A model generated the notes under the pieces. It saw nothing but the letters and a program-made list of their open reading frames with translations, did no database searches and was not told where the DNA came from. A stretch of DNA of 64,000 bases from a bacterium (GTDB lineage Bacteria > Sysuimicrobiota > Sysuimicrobiia > Sysuimicrobiales > Segetimicrobiaceae): positions 78,899-142,898 of the forward strand of contig DATGHZ010000038.1 of the NCBI GenBank assembly GCA_035307565.1, read 5' to 3'. How positions within the stretch are numbered: position 1 is the first letter of the stretch; each line of letters starts with the position of its first letter. Shown piece after piece: positions 20,390-28,571 of the stretch. The position numbers and the translations under genes were made by a program.

Positions 20390-22655
20390 ACACGTCGCGC
20401 AGCAGCCGCAGCGTCCGCCGCTTCGCGTCCGGGCCGACGGTCAACACGGGGCCGACGCACGATGGGCAGCCCGCCGCGCAGCCGCAATCCTCGATGAGCG
20501 CCGCGGCGGCGTCGAGCAGGTCCACGCGCAACGCATACAGGCGTTCCGCCTGCCCGACGCCGCCCGGCACCTGCTCGTAGAGGGTCACAGTCGGCTCGCC
20601 GGTGTGCGGGGATCGGATCTCGGCCAGCGCACCGAGGTCGCGCGGATCGCACATGAGGTAGAGCGGCGCGATGTTGTGGAGCGCGTTCGCGACGCCGAGG
20701 AGGGCGCCTTGCAGGGCGTCGTTGTCGAGGTCCGCGGCCCGCGCCCGGGGGAAGATCCACCATGCGGCGGTTGTGTGGAGCGTGGTTTCGGGAAGATGGA
20801 TCGTTCCGAAGCCGACGTTTTCGTGCGTCGACAGGGTCAGCTTCTTGAAGATCGTCGGCCGAAACCGGACGGTGACTTCACCGTGCGCCGCGTTCGTACC
20901 GGCCGCCGGGCCTTGGGAGGGGGCGCGCGCGAACTCCTCCAGCACCCGCAGGTCCGTCGCGATCTGCGCATCGGTGTAGTAGTCGACCTCGACGCGCCTG
21001 ACGTAGGCCTTCCGCTCTTCCCAATCGAGCCGGTCGACATGATATTGCCGGCCGAGGTGGATGTAGATCGCGTCCTCATGCACGAACGCCGGCGCCGCCG
21101 CGAGGTCGACCTCGCCGACGACGCGGGGCCGCGGATCGGTCGTATCGATGATGACGACGTTCTCCTGGCTCGCGCTGCGCAGGCTCACCTCCTCGGCCGG
21201 GTACGCCTCGGCGACGTAATGCCACGCGTCGTCCTCGTGGTGGAGCACGCGCGCCTCCTCCAGGTAGGCGAGGATCTCCGGCAGCGTGTTCGGCCCGAAG
21301 GTCTCGCCGTCGCGGAGCGGTAGTTCGAAGGCCGCGCACTTCAAGTGGCTCGCGAGCACGAGCAGGTTGTCGGGGTTGGTGCGCGCCTCTTCCGCTTCGC
21401 GGCGCAGCAGATAGTCGGGATGGCGCACGATGAACTGATCCAGCGCGGCACTCGTCGCGACGAGGACCGCGAGCGCCCGCTCCCGGCGGCGGCCGGCGCG
21501 ACCCATCTGCTGCCAGGTGCTGGCGATCGTGCCCGGGTAGCCCACCAGGATCGCGGCGCTGAGCTGTCCGATGTCGATGCCCAACTCAAGGGCGTTGGTG
21601 GCTGCCACCGCCCGTACCGCGCCGCTGCGGAGTCCGCTTTCAATCCGCCGGCGCTCCGACGGCAGGTAGCCCGCCCGGTATCCGCAGATGGCATCCGATG
21701 GGAGAGAGCGGCGTTCGGCGGCGGCCCGCAGATAGGTGGTGAGGAGTTCGGCGGCGAGGCGCGAGCGCGCGAAGAAGATGGTCTGAATGCGTCCGCCCAG
21801 CAGCTCGCCGGCCAGCGCGACGGATTCCCGCACCGCGTCCATCCGGATGCCCAGTTGCGCGTTGACGACCGGCGGATTGTAAAAACCGATGACGCGCTCG
21901 CCGGACGGCGCGCCGTTGCGGTCGACCACCGCCATCGTCCGCCCGGTCAGCCGCTCGGCGTGTTCCTTCGGGTTGCCGATCGTGGCCGAACAGCAGATGA
22001 ACTGCGGGGCGCTCCCATAGAAGCGGCAAATGCGTTCGAGCCGCCGCAGCACGTTGGCGAGGTGGGAGCCGAACACGCCGCGATAGTGATGGAGTTCGTC
22101 GAGCACGACAAAGCGCAGGTTTTCAAACAGGCGCAGCCACTTGGTGTGGTGCGGCAGAATCGCCGTGTGCAGCATGTCGGGATTCGTTACGACGACGTGT
22201 CCGGCCGCGCGGATCGTCCGCCGCGCGTCGGCGGGCGTGTCGCCGTCATAGGTAAACGCGCGGACGTCCGCGCCGAGCAGTCCGATCAGTGTCTGCAGTT
22301 CATCGACTTGATCGGCTCCGAGGGCCTTGGTGGGAAAGAGGTACAGCGCCCGCGCCTGCGGGTCGCGCAGGATCGCGTCCAGGACCGGCAGGTTGTAGCA
22401 CAGCGTCTTACCGGAGGCGGTCGGCGTGACCACGACCGCGTCGGCGGCGCCGCGGACAAGGCCGTACGCCTCCGCCTGGTGACAGTAGAGCCGCGTGATT
22501 CCCGTGCGGCTGAGCGCATCGATGAGCCGCGGGTCAAGGCCGGGCGGAAACGGCTCGTACTGCGCCTGGCGTTCCGGAATGGAATGCCATGTCGTGAACT
22601 GCGGGGCAAACCGCGGACGTGTGCGCAGCGCTTCGATGATCTGGTCCAATGTCAT
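20376..22655 (-). CDS. DEXH-box helicase with C-terminal DUF1998-type Cys cluster (MrfA/YprA-like)
   Basis: Motif I PTASGKT, motif II VLDELHHY, motif VI QQMGRAGRR, and the C-terminal DCGCAAGCPSCVG. AGGAG Shine-Dalgarno 8 nt upstream of the ATG. Confidence 0.8.
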   Translation of the reverse strand: MTLDQIIEALRTRPRFAPQFTTWHSIPERQAQYEPFPPGLDPRLIDALSRTGITRLYCHQAEAYGLVRGAADAVVVTPTASGKTLCYNLPVLDAILRDPQARALYLFPTKALGADQVDELQTLIGLLGADVRAFTYDGDTPADARRTIRAAGHVVVTNPDMLHTAILPHHTKWLRLFENLRFVVLDELHHYRGVFGSHLANVLRRLERICRFYGSAPQFICCSATIGNPKEHAERLTGRTMAVVDRNGAPSGERVIGFYNPPVVNAQLGIRMDAVRESVALAGELLGGRIQTIFFARSRLAAELLTTYLRAAAERRSLPSDAICGYRAGYLPSERRRIESGLRSGAVRAVAATNALELGIDIGQLSAAILVGYPGTIASTWQQMGRAGRRRERALAVLVATSAALDQFIVRHPDYLLRREAEEARTNPDNLLVLASHLKCAAFELPLRDGETFGPNTLPEILAYLEEARVLHHEDDAWHYVAEAYPAEEVSLRSASQENVVIIDTTDPRPRVVGEVDLAAAPAFVHEDAIYIHLGRQYHVDRLDWEERKAYVRRVEVDYYTDAQIATDLRVLEEFARAPSQGPAAGTNAAHGEVTVRFRPTIFKKLTLSTHENVGFGTIHLPETTLHTTAAWWIFPRARAADLDNDALQGALLGVANALHNIAPLYLMCDPRDLGALAEIRSPHTGEPTVTLYEQVPGGVGQAERLYALRVDLLDAAAALIEDCGCAAGCPSCVGPVLTVGPDAKRRTLRLLRDVCVPA

Positions 22656-22697
22656 GCTGCGGCTCCTGCAGGATCGTGATACAAAGGTATGATGAAT

Positions 22698-22711
22698 CGA
22701 ACTAATGTTCG
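22698..22711. promoter_or_regulatory. Perfect CGAAC-N4-GTTCG palindrome (Cheo/LexA-type SOS box candidate)
   Basis: The sequence cgaactaatgttcg was read directly. It lies 43 nt upstream of the mrfA-like ATG (22655) and 59 nt upstream of the antitoxin ATG (22770). Confidence 0.55.
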
Positions 22712-22757
22712 CTGGACCAGTGAACGAACCCTCTGGCCGGCCGATATGTCTTTATGT

Positions 22758-22763
22758 CATAAT
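22758..22763 (+). promoter_or_regulatory. Candidate -10 hexamer CATAAT placed for a leaderless antitoxin transcript
   Basis: CATAAT ends 6 nt before the ATG at 22770. There is no Shine-Dalgarno sequence in between. No convincing -35 element was found. Confidence 0.3.
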
Positions 22764-22769
22764 GGCAAT

Positions 22770-23066
22770 ATGAAGACGGTAACAGTTGCGGAGTTCAAAC
22801 GGCGTTTCTCGGAGTTCGTGGCGGATGTCCATTATCACGGACAACGCATCGTCGTCTTACGCCGCCGTACACCCGTCGCTGCGCTCGTGGGCCTCGATGA
22901 CCTCAAGAGACTGTCCGCGGAGCAGCCGGCCGACGAAGAGCCGCGGCGAGGATTGCTGGGCGCGGTCGGAGCCTGGGCCGACTATGACGGTCTGGATCGA
23001 TTGATTGAAGATATCTATGCTGCACGAGAGGCTGCTGTAGACAGATCAGTGTCGTTCCCGCCGTAG
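22770..23066 (+). CDS. Type II antitoxin, Phd/YefM family
   Basis: MKTVTVAEFKRRFSEFVADVHYHGQRIVVLRRRTPVAALVGLDDLKRL is a typical Phd/YefM N-terminal fold sequence. It sits 7 nt upstream of a PIN toxin gene. GC content is lower than in the flanks. Confidence 0.8.
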   Translation: MKTVTVAEFKRRFSEFVADVHYHGQRIVVLRRRTPVAALVGLDDLKRLSAEQPADEEPRRGLLGAVGAWADYDGLDRLIEDIYAAREAAVDRSVSFPP

Positions 23067-23073
23067 AATGTAG

Positions 23074-23490
23074 ATGTATTTGTTTGACACCGACACAATA
23101 AGCAATCTCATACGGCCGACACCGTCACCGGCGCTCATTCGCCGCTTGGCTGCTGTGCCGCCGGACCGGCAATTTACGACCGCTATTACCGTCGGTGAAC
23201 TTGCGTACGGCGCGTATCGAAGCAACCGTCCCGAGTACTTTCTTCAACGGCTTGATGAACAGGTGTTCGGGGATGTCACCGTCGTGCCATTCGACGCGGA
23301 TGCCGCACGAATATATGGCAGGGTGCGGGTAACGTTGGAATGTGAGGGAGCCTCTCTCAACGAACCCGATCTACGGATCGCTGCGATTGCGCTGGCACGT
23401 TCGCTTACACTTGTGACCGGCAATACCCGTTACTTTGCCCGTGTCCCGGGCCTTTCTGTTGAGAACTGGCTCGTGGAGCCGCCCGTGTGA
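23074..23490 (+). CDS. vapC: PIN-domain ribonuclease toxin VapC
   Basis: MYLFDTDTISNL.. start (first acidic residue) and later TGNTRYFARVPGL, as in typical VapC. 138 aa. Lower GC than surroundings. Confidence 0.85.
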   Translation: MYLFDTDTISNLIRPTPSPALIRRLAAVPPDRQFTTAITVGELAYGAYRSNRPEYFLQRLDEQVFGDVTVVPFDADAARIYGRVRVTLECEGASLNEPDLRIAAIALARSLTLVTGNTRYFARVPGLSVENWLVEPPV

Positions 23491-24581
23491 TCTATCGGGC
23501 GATTCTGCGACCGCTGCTGTTCCACATCGACCCTGAAAAGAGTCATGATCTGGCGCTGACCGCGCTCGGCGCGGCCGGACCCGGACTCGCGCGACAGCTG
23601 ACTCCGGCGGTAGATCCCCGGCTCTCGGTTACGGTCGCCGGACTGCGGTTCCCCACCCCGGTGGGACTTGCGGCCGGCTTCGACAAATCGGCGAGGGCGC
23701 TGTGGGCGTGGCCGGCGCTCGGGTTTGGCTTCGTGGAAGTCGGCACGGTCACCGCGCGCCGGCAGCCCGGCAATCCACGACCACGGGTGTTCCGGCTACC
23801 CGACGATCGGGCGCTGATTAACCGGCTCGGCTTCAATTCGCCCGGCGCCGACGTCATGGCCCGGCGTCTCGCCGCGCTGCGGCGCCGGCGGCCCTACCCA
23901 ATCCCGCTCGCCGTCAACATTGGGCGAAGCCGCGCGGCGTCCAACGAAGAGGCCGTTGACGACTACCTGTATTCGTTCGACCGCCTGCAGCCGCACGCGG
24001 ATTTCATCGTGGTCAATGTGTCATCGCCAAACACGCCGGGACTGAGGCAACTCCAAATGCGGGACGCGATCGTCCCGCTGCTGGAGGCGCTTCGCGGGCG
24101 GAACCGGGCGCTCGGTGAGAAGCCCATCTTCGTGAAAATCGCGCCCGATCTGACGGACTGCGACCTCGAAGAGGTGGTCGACGCGATCGGTCATCGTGCA
24201 CACGGCGTCGTGGCGACGAACACGACGCTCAGGCGCGACGGCCTCGCAAGCCCCGCCCGCGACGAAGCCGGAGGGCTGAGCGGCCGCCCGCTGCACGCCC
24301 GGGCCGTGGCTGTCGTGGGCCGTCTGCGACGGCTCACCGAAGGCCGCCTGCCGATCATCGGGGTGGGCGGGATCTTCACCGCCGGCGACGCCTACGCGAT
24401 GATCACAGCGGGCGCCAGTCTGGTCGAACTCTACACCGGGTTCGTGTACGGCGGTCCCGCCGCGCCGCGCACCGTGGCGCGCGGTCTCGTGGCGCTCCTG
24501 GACCGCGACGGGTTTCGGACCCTGACCGATGCGGTCGGGGCCGCCGCCCCCTCTACCGTTTCGTCCGGCCCGCCTCGGTAA
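23487..24581 (+). CDS. pyrD: Dihydroorotate dehydrogenase (quinone), class 2
   Basis: The GTG at 23487 overlaps the vapC stop (GTGA). Motifs: LRPLLFHIDPEKSHDL, GLAAGFDK, VEVGTVT, GFNSPG, NVSSPNTPGLR, IGVGGI. Confidence 0.9.
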   Translation: MIYRAILRPLLFHIDPEKSHDLALTALGAAGPGLARQLTPAVDPRLSVTVAGLRFPTPVGLAAGFDKSARALWAWPALGFGFVEVGTVTARRQPGNPRPRVFRLPDDRALINRLGFNSPGADVMARRLAALRRRRPYPIPLAVNIGRSRAASNEEAVDDYLYSFDRLQPHADFIVVNVSSPNTPGLRQLQMRDAIVPLLEALRGRNRALGEKPIFVKIAPDLTDCDLEEVVDAIGHRAHGVVATNTTLRRDGLASPARDEAGGLSGRPLHARAVAVVGRLRRLTEGRLPIIGVGGIFTAGDAYAMITAGASLVELYTGFVYGGPAAPRTVARGLVALLDRDGFRTLTDAVGAAAPSTVSSGPPR

Positions 24582-26874
24582 TCGCCGAGCGCACGCGCTC
24601 CGGCGTGAGCGGCATGTCGAGGTGCCGTACACCGAGGTGCGCGAGCGCGTCCACGACGGCGTTGACCACGCACGGCGTCGACCCGATGGTCGCGGCCTCC
24701 CCGATACCCTTCGCGCCGAGCGGATTGCGCGGGGTCGGGGTGACGGAGCGCCCGCGCTCGACGCGAGGCAGGTGCACCGCTCTCGGCACCGCGTACTCCG
24801 AGAGCGCGGCCGTCAGCATCTGGCCGTTCTCGTCGTAGGCCGCGTATTCCAACAGCGCCTGGGCGGCCCCCTGCGCGACGCCGCCGTGGATCTGTCCGTC
24901 GACCAGCAGCGGGTTGATGACGCGGCCGCAGTCGTCCACGCACACGTAGCGCTCGAGCCGCACGCCCCCGGTGTCGGGGTCGACCTCCACCACGCAGACG
25001 TGGCTGCCGAACGGGAAGGTCGTGCCCTGCGACTTGAACCGGCTGGTCGCCTCGAGGCCGGGGCTCTGGCTTTCCGGTAGATGTTTGCCGGCGTAGGCGG
25101 CCTTGGCGATCTGCGCGAGCGCGACGCCGCGCGCGGGCGCCCCGCGCACGGTCACACCGCCGTCCTCGAGGACGAGATCGGACTTCGCCGCTTCGAGCAT
25201 GTTGGAGGCGATCCCAAGGATCTGCTCCCGCACCTCGAGGGAGGCGAGATAGACCGCGGATCCGCCGAGCGACATGCTGCGGCTGCCGCTGGTTCCGCCG
25301 CCGAACTGCACCATGAGCGTGTCGCCGTGCACGACCGTCACCTGGTCGGGCGTGATGCCGAGGGCGTCGGCGACGATTTGCGCGAACCCCGTCGCGTCGC
25401 CCTGGCCGTGGGGGGACGTGCCGGTGATGACCGTGACCGTGGCGTCGGGGTTCATGCGCACGGTGCCGAGCTCCCAGGGCCCGAAGCCGCAGATCTCGAC
25501 GTAGCTGCTCACGCCGATGCCGAGCCAGCGCCCGTCGCGCCGCGCCTCGGTCTGCCGCTGCCGGAAGCCGCGGTAGTCGGACAGACGCAGCGCTTCGTCG
25601 AGCGGCTTGGCGTACTCTCCCGAGTCGTAGGTCGCGCCGGTCAGCGTCTTGTACGGAAACGCGGACGGCGGGATGAAGTTGCGCCGCCGCACGTCGGCGG
25701 GGTCGAGTCCGGCCTCGCGCGCCACGAGGTCCATCACGCGTTCCAGGTAGTACGTCGCCTCGGGCCGGCCGGCGCCGCGGTACGCGCCGGTGGGACACGT
25801 GTTCGTGTAGAGCGCGAGCAGTTCGCTGTGGATCGCGGGAATCGTGTAGGGGCCTTGGATCATGAGCGGCGTGAGCGTGGGAATGATCGCCGTGAGGTAG
25901 ATGAGCTCTCCGCCGAGATCGGCCAGCAGCCGCATGCGCAGACCGCGCAGGCGGCCGTCGCGCTCCGCCGCCGCCTCGAGGTCCGCCACCTGCGCGCGGC
26001 CGTGGGTCGTGGTGAGCATGTTTTCCCGGCGCGATTCGATCCACTTCACCGGCCGGCTGAGCCGCCGGGCCAGGTGCGCCACGACGACGTCTTCCGGATA
26101 CGTGTTGAGCTTCGCCCCAAACCCGCCGCCGACGTCCGGGGTAATGACACGGATCCGGCGGGTTTCGAGGCCGAGCGTCTGCCCGATCCCATCCCGGATC
26201 GCGTGCGCTTCCTGCGTCGAGGTCCACACGGTAAGGATGCCCTGCCCCATGCTGCCGTCGTACATCGCGACGGTCCCGCGCGGCTCCAAGGACACGGGCG
26301 CGAGGCGCTGGTTGACCATGCGCTGCCGCACGTGGACCGGCGCCTGCCGGAACGCCCCGTCGACGTCGCCCTCGTCGAGCACCTGGCGGTAGGCGACGTT
26401 TGTGCCGAGCGACTCGTGGACGAAGGGCGCGCCGGCGGCGGCCCGGTCGAGGTCGATCACGGCCGGCAGCGGCCCGTACTCCACGGCGACGCGTTCCGCG
26501 GCGTCGCGCGCGCCGTACGGATTGTCCGCCACCACAACGGCGAGCGGCTGGCCCGCGTAGTGCACTTCGCCCGAGGCGAGCGGTTGGTGCGCGACCGTCC
26601 GCATGTCGGCCACGGCGAGGACCGGCAGCGGCTTCTGGATCTCGGCGAGATCGGCCGCGGCCATGGCCGCGACCACACCCGGCATCGCGCGGGCGGGGCC
26701 GAGATCGATGCGCATAATGCGCGCGTGGGCGTGCGGGCTGCGCACAAATGCCGCGTGCAGCATCCCCGGCATCGTCAGATCATCGACGTACTGTCCTTCG
26801 CCGCGGATGAGTTTGGGGTCTTCGATCCGCTTCACACGCGCGCCGACGTACCGGGAGACCGCCACCGGGATCAC
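24553..26874 (-). CDS. Mo-hydroxylase large subunit, form-II CoxL-like (AYRGAGR signature)
   Basis: The GTG at 26874 has a GAGG 4 nt upstream. RYVGARVKRIEDPKLIRGEGQYVDD N-terminus and active-site loop CPTGAYRGAGRPE. No CoxM or CoxS genes are adjacent. The 3' end overlaps the pyrD 3' end by 29 nt. Confidence 0.85.
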   Translation of the reverse strand: MIPVAVSRYVGARVKRIEDPKLIRGEGQYVDDLTMPGMLHAAFVRSPHAHARIMRIDLGPARAMPGVVAAMAAADLAEIQKPLPVLAVADMRTVAHQPLASGEVHYAGQPLAVVVADNPYGARDAAERVAVEYGPLPAVIDLDRAAAGAPFVHESLGTNVAYRQVLDEGDVDGAFRQAPVHVRQRMVNQRLAPVSLEPRGTVAMYDGSMGQGILTVWTSTQEAHAIRDGIGQTLGLETRRIRVITPDVGGGFGAKLNTYPEDVVVAHLARRLSRPVKWIESRRENMLTTTHGRAQVADLEAAAERDGRLRGLRMRLLADLGGELIYLTAIIPTLTPLMIQGPYTIPAIHSELLALYTNTCPTGAYRGAGRPEATYYLERVMDLVAREAGLDPADVRRRNFIPPSAFPYKTLTGATYDSGEYAKPLDEALRLSDYRGFRQRQTEARRDGRWLGIGVSSYVEICGFGPWELGTVRMNPDATVTVITGTSPHGQGDATGFAQIVADALGITPDQVTVVHGDTLMVQFGGGTSGSRSMSLGGSAVYLASLEVREQILGIASNMLEAAKSDLVLEDGGVTVRGAPARGVALAQIAKAAYAGKHLPESQSPGLEATSRFKSQGTTFPFGSHVCVVEVDPDTGGVRLERYVCVDDCGRVINPLLVDGQIHGGVAQGAAQALLEYAAYDENGQMLTAALSEYAVPRAVHLPRVERGRSVTPTPRNPLGAKGIGEAATIGSTPCVVNAVVDALAHLGVRHLDMPLTPERVRSAITEAGRTKR

Positions 26875-27225
26875 CGCCTCTGACGGGGGAGTCGTGCCCG
26901 GCCGCAGATGGGCTCGCGCGTCCCCCCTTGCGGGGACCTGCGGCCGCGAGACCGTCCCGCGCCGGCCGGGACTGGAGCGTGTGCGCCTTCGACCGGCCGC
27001 GCGCCGCACCCTGCACCCGCCGGTCCCGTCACATCCCCGTCACGCCGGCGCCATCTCTCGGCCAAACTTGACCGGGTCCGGCGAACACCTCCCGCGATGC
27101 TTCGGGGGGCTTTCGCCGCACCTGCGGGGCACGCCGCGCCGCGCGCGACGTGTGGAACCACACGCGCCGCACACTCGAAAGCCTACAAAGGAACGCGCCA
27201 CGTTGAAGCGAACGCACGGTGACAC

Positions 27226-28536
27226 ATGGACGGCAGGTTGGATCGCGTGGCGGACGTCATGACGCCGGCGCCGGTTTTCGTGTCGGTGCGAGATACGGCC
27301 GGGAAGGCGTCCGCCGCGTTCCGGCAGCACCGCCTCCCCGTCATGCCTGTGCTCGACGGCGGGGCACTCGCCGGTGTGCTCGGTCCGCTCGATCTCATGG
27401 AAGAACGGCCCTTCCGTCCCGTCTCCGATCTGATGACGCGCGGTGTGGTCGCCGCAACGCCGGATCTGCCGCTGCTGCAGGCTCACGCGCTGCTGGTCTC
27501 CCAGGGCCGCGACGCGCTGCCGGTTCTCGACGGCGACCGCGCCGTCGGACACCTGACGCTGTCCGCCGTGCTGCGCGCGGTCAACCAGCAGACCGACCCG
27601 CTCACCGGGCTGCCGTGGGCCACGGGGCTGCGGATGTGGGCGGCCGACGCGCTGGCCCGCGGGCGCGAGGTCGCCGTGCTGTTCATCGATCTCGACAACT
27701 TCCGTGAAGTCAACAAGACGCTCGGCCACGTCGCCGGCGACGGGGTGCTCCGCAGCGTCGCCGGCCTGCTGCAGCAGTGCACGGATCCGATGACGGATCT
27801 CTTGTGCCGGTACGGCGGCGACGAGTTTGCGATTGCGACCACCCGGCCCGACGGTGACGCGGAGGCGCTTGCCGATCGCGTTCAGGAGATTGTCACGGTG
27901 CCGGTGGCCGAGACCGACCGGCGTGTGACCGTCACGGTGGGTTTCGCCGGGGGACGCCGCCACGAGGAACGCGGGCCCGGGCATGTCGCCTCCACGGTCG
28001 ACGATCTGCTCGCGCTGGCCAGCCGCGCCTCCACGCTTGCCAAGAGTTCACCCGAAGGCGCCGCCCGCAGGGCGACGTGGCATTCGGAGGCCGCACCGCC
28101 GTCGGAAGCCCGGGTCCAGCTCGTGGACGTGCACCTGGAGTGGCGGGACGGACGGTCGTCCGCGGAGGTCCGGCTCCGCTTGGGGCCCCGGGAGGTCGTC
28201 GGGGTCTCGTCGGATCTGATTCTGACGCCGAACGCCGCCCCACGCTTCATGGTCGCGGAAGCCACGCTGCGGGCCCTGCACGGGATTCTCGGCGACCGGC
28301 CAGTCTATACCGTGGAAGACGTCCTCGATTCGCTGTCGGCCTCGCACCCGCTGGTCGTCGCCGTGGTGTCGGCCCGGCGCAAAGGGAGCCGGAATCCGGA
28401 ACGCTACATCGGCGGGGCGACCGCGCGCGACCTTCCGCGCGCGGTCTGCAAGGCTGTACTGGACGCCGTTAACCGTCCCATCGCCCGGGCCCTCGGCGTC
28501 CTCTTGGAGACGGCAGCCGCGCCGACCACGCGCTAG
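27226..28536 (+). CDS. CBS-pair / GGDEF diguanylate cyclase with unassigned C-terminal domain of about 150 aa
   Basis: Two CBS-like repeats (VMTPAPVFV..., LMTRGVVAATP...). GGDEF domain with DPLTGLP, FIDLDNFREVN and RYGGDEFAI. I cannot assign residues about 290-436. Confidence 0.8.
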   Translation: MDGRLDRVADVMTPAPVFVSVRDTAGKASAAFRQHRLPVMPVLDGGALAGVLGPLDLMEERPFRPVSDLMTRGVVAATPDLPLLQAHALLVSQGRDALPVLDGDRAVGHLTLSAVLRAVNQQTDPLTGLPWATGLRMWAADALARGREVAVLFIDLDNFREVNKTLGHVAGDGVLRSVAGLLQQCTDPMTDLLCRYGGDEFAIATTRPDGDAEALADRVQEIVTVPVAETDRRVTVTVGFAGGRRHEERGPGHVASTVDDLLALASRASTLAKSSPEGAARRATWHSEAAPPSEARVQLVDVHLEWRDGRSSAEVRLRLGPREVVGVSSDLILTPNAAPRFMVAEATLRALHGILGDRPVYTVEDVLDSLSASHPLVVAVVSARRKGSRNPERYIGGATARDLPRAVCKAVLDAVNRPIARALGVLLETAAAPTTR

Positions 28537-28571
28537 CGAACGGCCTCGCCCGGCCGGACGCGCGACCGCGC

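Noticed and set aside
22689-22769. 27-aa N-terminal extension of the antitoxin (ORF start at 22689)
   Set aside because: Phd/YefM antitoxins begin directly with the MKTVTV-type strand. The extension would run through the SOS-box and promoter region and has poor composition.
22656-23490. Mobile genetic element carrying the VapBC cassette
   Set aside because: No integrase, transposase, tRNA target or flanking direct or inverted repeats are visible. Only the compositional dip supports horizontal origin, so I did not call a mobile_element feature.
26875-27225. Moco riboswitch, tRNA or small ORF in the 351-nt gap upstream of the CoxL-like gene
   Set aside because: I could not find conserved Moco-motif elements, a tRNA T-arm (GGTTCGA-type), or an ORF with plausible composition. 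I kept it only as an unexplained long leader within another finding.
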